In this document: positions 8,789 to 16,141 of the stretch, one piece after another | Numbering within the stretch: position 1 is the stretch's first letter | Layout of the letters: each line of letters begins with the position of its first letter | Source: a virus | Taxonomy: Duplodnaviria; Caudoviricetes | Virus record (IMG/VR): IMGVR_UViG_2862281513_000001 | Coordinates: 54,919 to 118,918 of that record | Length of the DNA: 64,000 nucleotides | Strand: one strand, 5' to 3' | The notes under the pieces: model-generated | What the model was told of the DNA's origin: nothing | Seen by the model: the letters and a program-made list of their open reading frames with translations, nothing else | Database searches by the model: none | Translations under genes and position numbers: made by a program

Positions 8789-9847
8789 TCAGTGGGCGTC
8801 GTGGCCGGTGAACCGGAGCCAGTGGGGGCCGCTGTCGGTCAGGCTGTCGCCGAGGATGGCGCGCAGGGCGGCGTCGGCCTCGCCGAGCGTCTCGGTGTCG
8901 AACGGGCCGCCGTCGCCGAGGTTCAGCTCGGTCTCGCCGGCCACCGCGCCGACGATGCGGGGAGCGCCGTCGGCCTCGAAGAGGACCGCGGTCGCCTCGG
9001 GGGCGAGGCGGTGCAGGATCTCGCCGACGCGGGGCGCGGCCTCCTTGAGCGCGGCGGCCTGCTCGCGGGTCATACCGCAGCCCTCGCACTGGGGGACGTG
9101 CCAGTCGTGGCCCTCGCTGCACAGGCACCACCAGCTGGCGTAGCTCCAGCACCATTCCCAGCCGCCGATGCTGTACCGGCCGTCGTCGTCGGGCTCGATG
9201 ATGTGGGTGACCTGCCGTGCGCCCTCGTCTTCCAGGTACATCCACGAGATCTTGAGGACGACGGCCAGCGGCTTGTCGCCGCGGCCCTTGGCGCCGATGT
9301 CGATGACGTGCACGGTGTCCATGCCGTCGGCGCCGTACTCTTCGGCGCACCGCTGGGTCTGGTCGGCCAGCTCGCGGGCGGCGTCCAGGGTGAAGCGGGG
9401 CGAGACGAAGCCGTTCCACAGGTTGTGCGGGTCGACCTTGGCGTCCAGCGGGCCGAGCATGTCGTCGATGCAGACCTTCGTGTCCACGGTGCGGAGGTCG
9501 GAGGCGACCCGGTAGAACTCGGCCTGGCTGTGCTCGCCCTCCCAGCTGTCGCCGTCGAAGTCGAGTTCGTCGGCCAGCGTCTGGCAGAGCCGCCGGTACA
9601 GCGCCTTGCGGTACGGGAGGCTGCCGTCCTCGCGGGCGTCCTGCCATGCCTTCACCCAGGCTTGCCGGTCGAAGCGGGCGTTGGGCTGCATGCCCGCGGC
9701 CGCCTGGAGGCAGACCCTGCGGTCGACGTGGACGGTGCCGTTGACGTCGCCGGTGTCGCGCCTGGCGCGGGCCTGGACGATCTGCTGGATGAGGGCGAGG
9801 GCGCCGGCGAGTTCGAGCTGGCCGACTTCCGGGGTCGTGCTGGTCAT
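8789..9847 (-). CDS. Hypothetical multidomain protein
   Basis: WNGFVSPRF...WMYL...DGRYSIGGWEWCW plus CxC/CxxC. Confidence 0.7.
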   Translation of the reverse strand: MTSTTPEVGQLELAGALALIQQIVQARARRDTGDVNGTVHVDRRVCLQAAAGMQPNARFDRQAWVKAWQDAREDGSLPYRKALYRRLCQTLADELDFDGDSWEGEHSQAEFYRVASDLRTVDTKVCIDDMLGPLDAKVDPHNLWNGFVSPRFTLDAARELADQTQRCAEEYGADGMDTVHVIDIGAKGRGDKPLAVVLKISWMYLEDEGARQVTHIIEPDDDGRYSIGGWEWCWSYASWWCLCSEGHDWHVPQCEGCGMTREQAAALKEAAPRVGEILHRLAPEATAVLFEADGAPRIVGAVAGETELNLGDGGPFDTETLGEADAALRAILGDSLTDSGPHWLRFTGHDAH

Positions 9848-9915
9848 GGCGGGGTTACCTCTCTGGGTGGGTGGTGGGGCGCCCCGCCCGGCGGGCGGGG
9901 CACCGTGGGTGGCGA

Positions 9916-10224
9916 TCAGCTGGTGAAGAGGGCGAGCCACTCGTCCGCGCGCTCCGGGAGGCGCGTCTCCTTGCCCGCCCAGGCCATCTCGTCGTCGATC
10001 TGGCGGGCGAGCAGCTCGAACCGCTCGGAGGTGAAGTGCTCGCCGCGCTCCAGCGCCTGGGCCAGGGAGTGGGCCTTGATGGCCGCCGACCGCATCGCCT
10101 CCTTCTCGCAGCCGAAGCGCAGGAGGTCGGCGCGGGCGCCGGCGACCGTGCCGTAGCCGGTGAGGGCTGCGGCCGTGGCCTGGGCTGCGGTGGTGACGGT
10201 GATGGTGCGGGTGATGGTGGCCAT
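9916..10224 (-). CDS. Hypothetical protein
   Basis: ORF after R7 with GGGAG RBS. Confidence 0.7.
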   Translation of the reverse strand: MATITRTITVTTAAQATAAALTGYGTVAGARADLLRFGCEKEAMRSAAIKAHSLAQALERGEHFTSERFELLARQIDDEMAWAGKETRLPERADEWLALFTS

Positions 10225-10247
10225 GTCGGGCTCCCTGGGTGGTGGTG

Positions 10248-10341
10248 GGTGGTGACACCTTCTTCATTGACCCCACCGCCCGGGATAACCTCCGTATCCC
10301 GGTAGATTTGGCCAAGGAATCGGCAAGGAAACGGCTGGTCA
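10248..10341 (-). repeat. Array repeat R7
   Basis: Class with ggtgacaccttc end; supplies the upstream stop. Confidence 0.95.
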
Positions 10342-11166
10342 GGCCATGGCGAACAGGTCGAGCTGGAGCGGCTGGCGCTGGTGCCATCCGTGGGTGGGGA
10401 GGCTGCCGTCGGGGTCGGCCTCCAGCACCAGGAGGACGGTGCGGACGTTCGTGCCGGACGGGGCGAAGGCGTCTTCGGGGAGCTTGACGATCTCGCCCTC
10501 GTTGTCGGCGATCAGCTTGCGGAACTCGACCGCGGCCCGGTCCGAGTGCCAGGCGATCGACTCGGGCATGACGGCCACGAGGGTGCCGCCGTCCTTCATG
10601 AACGCGAGCGCGTGCATGACGTGGGCGATGGCGTTGCTGAACGGCGGGTTCATCAGGACGCGGTCGTACGGCTCGTCGAGGGCGAGCGGGTCGAGGTCGA
10701 GGAAGTCACCCTGAACGACCTGGCGGGCGATGCCGAGGTCTCGGAGGACGTGGGCTCGGCGGGGGTCGATCTCGACGCAGTCCACGATGCCCATCTCCTC
10801 GGCGGCCCGCTTGGCGAGCGAGCCGGTTCCGGCCGACGGTTCCAGCACGGTGTGGCCGACCCGGATCGAGGCGTGCTCCAGCATGTCGAACACGACCTTC
10901 GGCGGGGTCGGATACCAGCCCTGTTCGAACCGGCTGGGCCACTCGCCGGCCGCGAGGCAGTCGCGCATGAACTGCTCCACCGGGAAGGGGAAGACGTGGG
11001 CACGGACGGCCTTCCTGCCGTCCCACCGGCCGCCAATGTCCTTCAGCATCTGGTTCATCCGCTGGTACAGCGCGGGCTCCAGCTCGAAGGGGACGGCTAC
11101 GCGGTCGCCGCTGATGATCGTGCGGTCGTCGGTGAGGACGGCGAGGACGTCGGCCGGGATCTGCAT
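10339..11166 (-). CDS. Class I SAM-dependent amino-methyltransferase (probably DNA N6-adenine)
   Basis: WYPTP, VLEPSAGTG, VLMNPPF; ends QLDLFAMA. Confidence 0.85.
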   Translation of the reverse strand: MQIPADVLAVLTDDRTIISGDRVAVPFELEPALYQRMNQMLKDIGGRWDGRKAVRAHVFPFPVEQFMRDCLAAGEWPSRFEQGWYPTPPKVVFDMLEHASIRVGHTVLEPSAGTGSLAKRAAEEMGIVDCVEIDPRRAHVLRDLGIARQVVQGDFLDLDPLALDEPYDRVLMNPPFSNAIAHVMHALAFMKDGGTLVAVMPESIAWHSDRAAVEFRKLIADNEGEIVKLPEDAFAPSGTNVRTVLLVLEADPDGSLPTHGWHQRQPLQLDLFAMA

Positions 11167-11280
11167 GGGGTGCTCCTTCGTGCGTGCGGGCAGAACTGGG
11201 GGCGCCCCGCCACTGAGGGCGGGGCGCTGCGGTCGGGTGGCCGGGTGGAGGTGGGGGCGCGGGGCGCCCCCACCGGGTGA

Positions 11281-11517
11281 TCACCCGTGGCAGATGCACG
11301 TGGCCCGAGAGGGGGCCGGGGTGCCGTAGGTGTCGGCGGACACCCGCAGGATCGAGGTGAGGAGTTGGCACAGGTCCGAGTTCTCGTCGGCCCGGTCCTG
11401 GGCGGTGAGGGTGTCGCGGAGCCAGGGGGTGAGGAGGTCCAGCGCTCCGGCGGTGAGGACGATGCCGGTTCCCTCGTCGGCGGTCGCGCCGGTGTCGGTG
11501 ATGATGATGTTGTCCAT
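11281..11517 (-). CDS. Hypothetical protein
   Basis: ORF after R8, AGGAGG RBS. Confidence 0.65.
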   Translation of the reverse strand: MDNIIITDTGATADEGTGIVLTAGALDLLTPWLRDTLTAQDRADENSDLCQLLTSILRVSADTYGTPAPSRATCICHG

Positions 11518-11541
11518 GACCCCTCCTGGAGGGTGGTGGTG

Positions 11542-11635
11542 GGTGGTGACACCTTCTTCATTGACCCCACCCACCCGGATAACCTCGTTGCACCGGCTGA
11601 TTTGGTCAAGGGATCGGCAAGGAAACCGCAGCTCA
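11542..11635 (-). repeat. Array repeat R8
   Basis: Matches consensus; outer box pairs with adjacent cggtttccttgccg to form a hairpin. Confidence 0.9.
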
Positions 11636-11660
11636 GAGGCCGGTTTCCTTGCCGGTCAGG

Positions 11661-12224
11661 TCACCTGCCCTGGCGGGCGAACTCCTCCGGCCGCAGCGCG
11701 CGGCGCCGGTGCGGGATGGCGTTCTCGGTGCGCCCGAGGTCCTCGGCGAGCTGGGCGTTGCTGTGGCCCCAGTGGTCGAGGAGCCACTGGTCCTCGTCGG
11801 GCGTCCAGTGGGTGCCGCCGTTGTCGGTGCCGCGGGCCCGCTCCGGGCTGGCGGTGCCGGTCTCGTCGGCGGCGATGGCGCGGGCGTAGCGCTCGGCGTG
11901 GCGGGAGCTGGTGAACTCGCCGCGCGCCCAGCGGGTCAGCATCAGGTTCTGGTTGGGCTCGCTGAGCTGGGCGATCTCCCAGGCGAGGTTCCACGAGATC
12001 TCGCCGGCATCGAGGGCCGTCTGTCCGCGCTGGCAGAGCTTGAGGAGGTCGAGGCGCCAGCCGATGAATGCCGGGCGCCTGTCTGCCATCAGGGCCAGGT
12101 CGTCGACGGTGAATCCGGCTTCCCGCAGGTAGCTGTACGCCCTGGCCTCGCGGAGCGGGGCGTTGCGGCCGATGTGGGCGATGATTTCGCGGGCCATGCT
12201 GGGCGGGATGTGGGTGGCGGTCAT
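11661..12224 (-). CDS. ParB-like HTH-only protein with extra C-terminal small HTH-like motif
   Basis: PLREARAY..IGWRLDLLKL..NQNLMLTRWARGEF aligns to the central part of 36-1211; WTPDEDQWL..LGRTENAI. Confidence 0.75.
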   Translation of the reverse strand: MTATHIPPSMAREIIAHIGRNAPLREARAYSYLREAGFTVDDLALMADRRPAFIGWRLDLLKLCQRGQTALDAGEISWNLAWEIAQLSEPNQNLMLTRWARGEFTSSRHAERYARAIAADETGTASPERARGTDNGGTHWTPDEDQWLLDHWGHSNAQLAEDLGRTENAIPHRRRALRPEEFARQGR

Positions 12225-12250
12225 TGCGTGCCTTTCGGGGTGGGTGGTGA

Positions 12251-12344
12251 GGTGGTGACACCTTCATCATTGACCCCACCCACCGGGATAACCTCCGTAT
12301 CCCGGTGAGTTTGGTCAAGGGTTCGTCAGTGAAGCCGCAGGTCA
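12251..12344 (-). repeat. Array repeat R9
   Basis: Matches consensus; supplies the upstream stop. Confidence 0.95.
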
Positions 12345-12857
12345 GGCGCTGCGGTTGGCCCGCTCCCACTCCTCGGTCTCGGCGCTGGCCAGGCGCTCCA
12401 GCTCGGGCATCCGGCGGTCGCGCTCTAGGCGCTCAGCCTCCTGCATGGCCTGCTCGCGCTCGGCGCACATGCTCTCCTCCCGGATGAGGCCCTGGGCGTG
12501 CTTCTCGGCGTCCATGCAGGTGGCGAACTGGCCCAGCTCCCAGCGGGTGAGCATGACTCCCTGGTTGACCGGGCCGAGCTTGGCGATGTACCCGGCGAGG
12601 TTGACCGGGAGCTTTCCGGCTTCGAGGGTCAGCTGGCCGAGTTCGCACAGGGTGAGCAGGTCCAGCCGCCAGCCGACGAAGCAGGCGCGGTGGCCGGTCA
12701 TCTCGCCGATCTCGTCGTTGGAGTAGCCGGCTGTGCGGAGGGCGTTGAAGATGCCGGCCTCCTGCATGGGGGTGACGCCTTCGACCGTGGCCTGGTCCGC
12801 GACCTTCTGGGCGAGGTCGGCGGGGAGGACCTTGACGGTGGTGGTGGCGGCGGTCAT
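12342..12857 (-). CDS. ParB-like HTH-only protein
   Basis: TPMQEAGIF..VGWRLDLLTL..NQGVMLTRWELGQF. Confidence 0.75.
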   Translation of the reverse strand: MTAATTTVKVLPADLAQKVADQATVEGVTPMQEAGIFNALRTAGYSNDEIGEMTGHRACFVGWRLDLLTLCELGQLTLEAGKLPVNLAGYIAKLGPVNQGVMLTRWELGQFATCMDAEKHAQGLIREESMCAEREQAMQEAERLERDRRMPELERLASAETEEWERANRSA

Positions 12858-12877
12858 TGCCGTCCCTTTCGGTGGGG

Positions 12878-12961
12878 TGTGGTGTGTTACATCCTCTTCA
12901 TTGAGCCAAAGCCCCTGGGGTAATCACCGGAGCCCGAGAAGTTTGGTCGAGAAATCGTCAG
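12878..12961 (-). repeat. Array repeat R10 (degenerate)
   Basis: ttcattgagcc...gtttggtcgagaaatcgtcagg; next to hairpin gggggcc..ggccccc. Confidence 0.8.
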
Positions 12962-12989
12962 GGGGCCGCGTGCGGGCCCCCGGGACCCG

Positions 12990-14015
12990 CTAGGCGGTGG
13001 CGGTCTCCGCCGTGAGCTTGGCGGCCATCTCGTCGCCGCTCATGCGGCCGGTGACCTTGTCGTAGGGCAGGGTGCTCGTCGCCTTGCCGAGCTGGTTGGC
13101 GCGGTTGTAGACCTGGGCTTTCCAGTCCACCGACTTCGGGACGGTCAGCGTCTTCTGGTTGACCCGGAGGACCAGGTACCACCGCTCCCCCAGCCCGACG
13201 TAGTCACCGGGCGTGAAGTCGTCCGGCCGCCAGACCTTCGCGCCATCGGCCTCGGCCTGCTCGATGTGGCCTTCCCACGCGCGGATCTGCTCGGTCAGGT
13301 CGTGGTGTTCGGCGTCGAGCCGTACGAGGTCCGCGGCGAGCTGGTCGGGGTCGACGGCCGCGCTGGTTCCGGCCACCTGCATGGCGGCCCGCAGGGTGCC
13401 CGCGGTCTTCCGCTCGATGCAGCCGAGGTCGGCCCGTAGCCGCTCCAGCCGGCGCAGCGTGGTGCCGACGTGCTTGCGGCCCTGCTCGTAGGTGGCGGCC
13501 GCGTCCGCGAGGCTCCGGCATCGGTCGGCTTCCTCCTGCTCGGCTACGGCCTGGCCGCACAGCTTCCGCGACCGTTCCAGGTCCCGCAGGTGCCTGCCCG
13601 CCGAGTAGTGGTCGACCTTGACCGGCTCCCCCATGTAGCTGGCGGCGATCCGGCGTCCCTCGGCCCACTTGGCGTCCGAGGACGCCTGCAGCCGGTCGGC
13701 CCGCGCCTCGCGCCGTACGGCCCGCCCCCCTGCCCGCTGGTACCGCTCGGTCTCGGCTTCCTGGAAGGAGCGCCGTACGGTCTCGTCGATGGAAAGGGTG
13801 ACCGTGTGCCCGTCGGCCTCCAGGGCGGCTTGTGCGCCTCGGATGCGGCGCATGTCGGCCGCCCGGTCCCGCGAGCCCCGCAGGTACACGAAGCCGACGG
13901 TGCGGGCGTAGCGGAAGCCCCACGGGTTCAGCAGCTCCAGGATGCCGTCGCCGGGCTCGGAGCCGACGATCAGCGTGCCCTCGGCCCTCGTGTGCTTGAT
14001 CGTGATGTCTGCCAT
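12990..14015 (-). CDS. DUF3560-like protein
   Basis: GEPVKVDHYSAGRHLRDLERS; paralog of the central part of 16139-18904. Confidence 0.75.
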   Translation of the reverse strand: MADITIKHTRAEGTLIVGSEPGDGILELLNPWGFRYARTVGFVYLRGSRDRAADMRRIRGAQAALEADGHTVTLSIDETVRRSFQEAETERYQRAGGRAVRREARADRLQASSDAKWAEGRRIAASYMGEPVKVDHYSAGRHLRDLERSRKLCGQAVAEQEEADRCRSLADAAATYEQGRKHVGTTLRRLERLRADLGCIERKTAGTLRAAMQVAGTSAAVDPDQLAADLVRLDAEHHDLTEQIRAWEGHIEQAEADGAKVWRPDDFTPGDYVGLGERWYLVLRVNQKTLTVPKSVDWKAQVYNRANQLGKATSTLPYDKVTGRMSGDEMAAKLTAETATA

Positions 14016-14033
14016 GCCGTTTTCCCTCCTGGT

Positions 14034-14504
14034 TCAGCGGGCGTCGGTGATATCGGCGGGGTCGAGGCCGAGGAAGCTGGCGAGCTCGTCGACGGTCGCG
14101 AAGCTGCCGCCCAGGCGGTAGAGCAACTCGTCGTCGCCGACGACGAAATCGATCGAGGTGGCGTGCATGTCGATGGCGACATCGCCACTGCGGATGGCCT
14201 TGCGCATCACCTTGGCCAGGACCAGGTCGCCGAGGGAGCCGCGGGGACTCGTGGGTGCCTCGATGTCCGGGGTGCGGTCGGGCAGGAACGACTGGCCGAC
14301 TGCCGTGAGGTCAAGCGGCTGGCTCACCGGGCCACTGGCCTGGACCCAGCGCTCACGAACGAGGACGTCGAGGGTGGAGGAGGCTACGGGCCCGTCAGGG
14401 CTGTCGATCCGGTCGGAGCCGAGTCCAGCCTGAATGAGGCGGACTCGGCCGCCCGCGATGAGGGCCAGGGCCCTCATCTGGGCGGGGGTGGGTCGGGTGG
14501 CCAT
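14034..14504 (-). CDS. Hypothetical protein with winged-helix-like domain
   Basis: RPTPAQMRALALIA..LVRERWV..LTAVG, shared with 15328-16020. Confidence 0.65.
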   Translation of the reverse strand: MATRPTPAQMRALALIAGGRVRLIQAGLGSDRIDSPDGPVASSTLDVLVRERWVQASGPVSQPLDLTAVGQSFLPDRTPDIEAPTSPRGSLGDLVLAKVMRKAIRSGDVAIDMHATSIDFVVGDDELLYRLGGSFATVDELASFLGLDPADITDAR

Positions 14505-14521
14505 GCTGTTCCTTCCGGGGG

Positions 14522-14812
14522 TCAGGCGGTGACGGTCTGGCGGGCGGCGTTGCGGGCGTCGGCCCACCTGCGGATGAGTTCGGACCCGGCCGCGCCGGCG
14601 GCCTGGCCGGGGGACTTGCCTTCGTCGAGCCCGGCGAGGAACCGGCGGCTGAGGAAGTCGGTGGCGCACTCGCGGGTGAACGTCTCGACCAGCTCGTCCA
14701 GGTCCAGGTGCGGGAACGACTCGTGGAGGGAGAGGGCGGCGAAGGCGGCGATCTTGCCGACGGCCTCGCCGAGGTCGTCGGCGGTGATGGCGGGCTGGGT
14801 CTGGGCGGTCAT
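14522..14812 (-). CDS. Hypothetical protein
   Basis: ORF with GAAAGG RBS. Confidence 0.7.
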   Translation of the reverse strand: MTAQTQPAITADDLGEAVGKIAAFAALSLHESFPHLDLDELVETFTRECATDFLSRRFLAGLDEGKSPGQAAGAAGSELIRRWADARNAARQTVTA

Positions 14813-14875
14813 GGTGGCCTTTCTGGGGGTGGAGGGGCCCGGCCCGGCGGGTGCCGGGCCGGAAAGCTAACGGGT

Positions 14876-15163
14876 TCAGGCCGTGCGGTGGGCGGTGACG
14901 CCGCTGATCCAGTAGCGGGCGGCCGTCCGGTTGATGCCGATCAGCCGGACCTGCGCGACCACCGGGGCGATCTCACCGGCGCGCAGGGCCCGGACCAGGG
15001 CAAACACTCCGTCGTGCACCAGCTGGGAGCCCGTGGCGGTGTCGGGGTTGCCGCTGTGGAAGAGGGCGCGGAGGGGCATGGCCTGCTCGGTGAGGAAGTC
15101 GGCCAGCTCGCCCGCGTCGAGGGCGGTGGGGGTGATGGGCTTGCGGGCGGTGGTGGTGGCCAT
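14876..15163 (-). CDS. Hypothetical protein
   Basis: ORF after R11. Confidence 0.65.
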   Translation of the reverse strand: MATTTARKPITPTALDAGELADFLTEQAMPLRALFHSGNPDTATGSQLVHDGVFALVRALRAGEIAPVVAQVRLIGINRTAARYWISGVTAHRTA

Positions 15164-15187
15164 GTCGGGCTCCCTGGGGTTTGTAGT

Positions 15188-15283
15188 GGTTGGTGACACC
15201 TTCATCATTGACCAAATACCTCGGGGGTACCCTCCCTAGCCTGATTAATTTGGTCAAGAAGTAGTCAGGGAAGCCGCTGGTCA
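15188..15283 (-). repeat. Array repeat R11
   Basis: ttgacc-N38-ggtcaa, variant core. Confidence 0.9.
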
Positions 15284-15327
15284 GAGGCGGTGGCCCGGCC
15301 GGAGCCGGGCCCGTGGCCGTCGGTCGG

Positions 15328-16020
15328 TCAGGCGGGCAGGTGCGCCCGGCCGGCCTCGGTCAGCTCGATCGGCTGGCCCTGGAACAGGGACTTCGAGCTG
15401 TCCAGCGTGACCCAGCGCTCCCGGAGCAGCACCTCGAAGGTGTCGGCATAGATGGTGCCGTTTTCACTGCCGATGCGCTCCCGGTTGCGCAGGCCGAACT
15501 GCGTGCGCTTCACGCCACCCTGGGCGATCAGCTCCAGGCCCTTGCGCTGGGCCGGGGTGGGGCGGCGGGCCGGAACCGGCTTGGCGGGCTCGGACTTGGA
15601 CTCGGGCTCGGGCGTCGGCTCGGGCGCCGGCTCGTTGGCGGCCCGCTCGGCGGCCTCCAGGGCGCTGACGATGCAGTCGGTGTCCTGGAGGAACCGGCGG
15701 ATACCGTCCCACTTGAGCCGGTCCTGCTCGTTGGAGATCGTGCAGCTGGAGCTGCTGGAGGTGGTGCCGACGAGCTGCTTCGTCAGCCTCTTGCGGAGCT
15801 TGAGGAACACCTCGATCGGGTCGTCGTCGCCCTGCTCTTCCAGCAGGAGCCGCCAGGGCATGGCGTCCGCCGTCTTCTCCATCGCCTTGCGCATGCTGTA
15901 GGGGGTGAGGCTCCGGGTCATGTCGCGCGACTCGGTGGCCAGCGCCTCGCGGGCCTTGCCCTCGTCCTCGATCCGGGTGCCGCCGAGGTTGGTGAGGATT
16001 TCGATGATCCGGTCCTTCAT
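15328..16020 (-). CDS. Hypothetical protein with C-terminal winged-helix-like domain
   Basis: RPTPAQRKGLELIA..LLRERWV..LTEAGR. Confidence 0.7.
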   Translation of the reverse strand: MKDRIIEILTNLGGTRIEDEGKAREALATESRDMTRSLTPYSMRKAMEKTADAMPWRLLLEEQGDDDPIEVFLKLRKRLTKQLVGTTSSSSSCTISNEQDRLKWDGIRRFLQDTDCIVSALEAAERAANEPAPEPTPEPESKSEPAKPVPARRPTPAQRKGLELIAQGGVKRTQFGLRNRERIGSENGTIYADTFEVLLRERWVTLDSSKSLFQGQPIELTEAGRAHLPA

Positions 16021-16046
16021 GGTGCCCTCCGTGGTGGTTGGTGGTG

Positions 16047-16141
16047 ATTGGTGACACCTTCATCATTGACCAAGGGCTTCGGGAGTACCCTCTCTAGACC
16101 GATTAATTTGGTCAAGGAATCGTCAGGGAAACCGCAGGTCA
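16047..16141 (-). repeat. Array repeat R12
   Basis: Matches consensus; supplies the upstream stop. Confidence 0.95.

Noticed and set aside
7872-9647. Intein inserted in a 591-aa host protein
   Set aside because: The upstream part is a shadow frame of 8789-9847; the Hint ORF has its own start and no C-extein.
4956-11166. Restriction-modification system
   Set aside because: No adjacent endonuclease recognised; the methyltransferases appear orphan.
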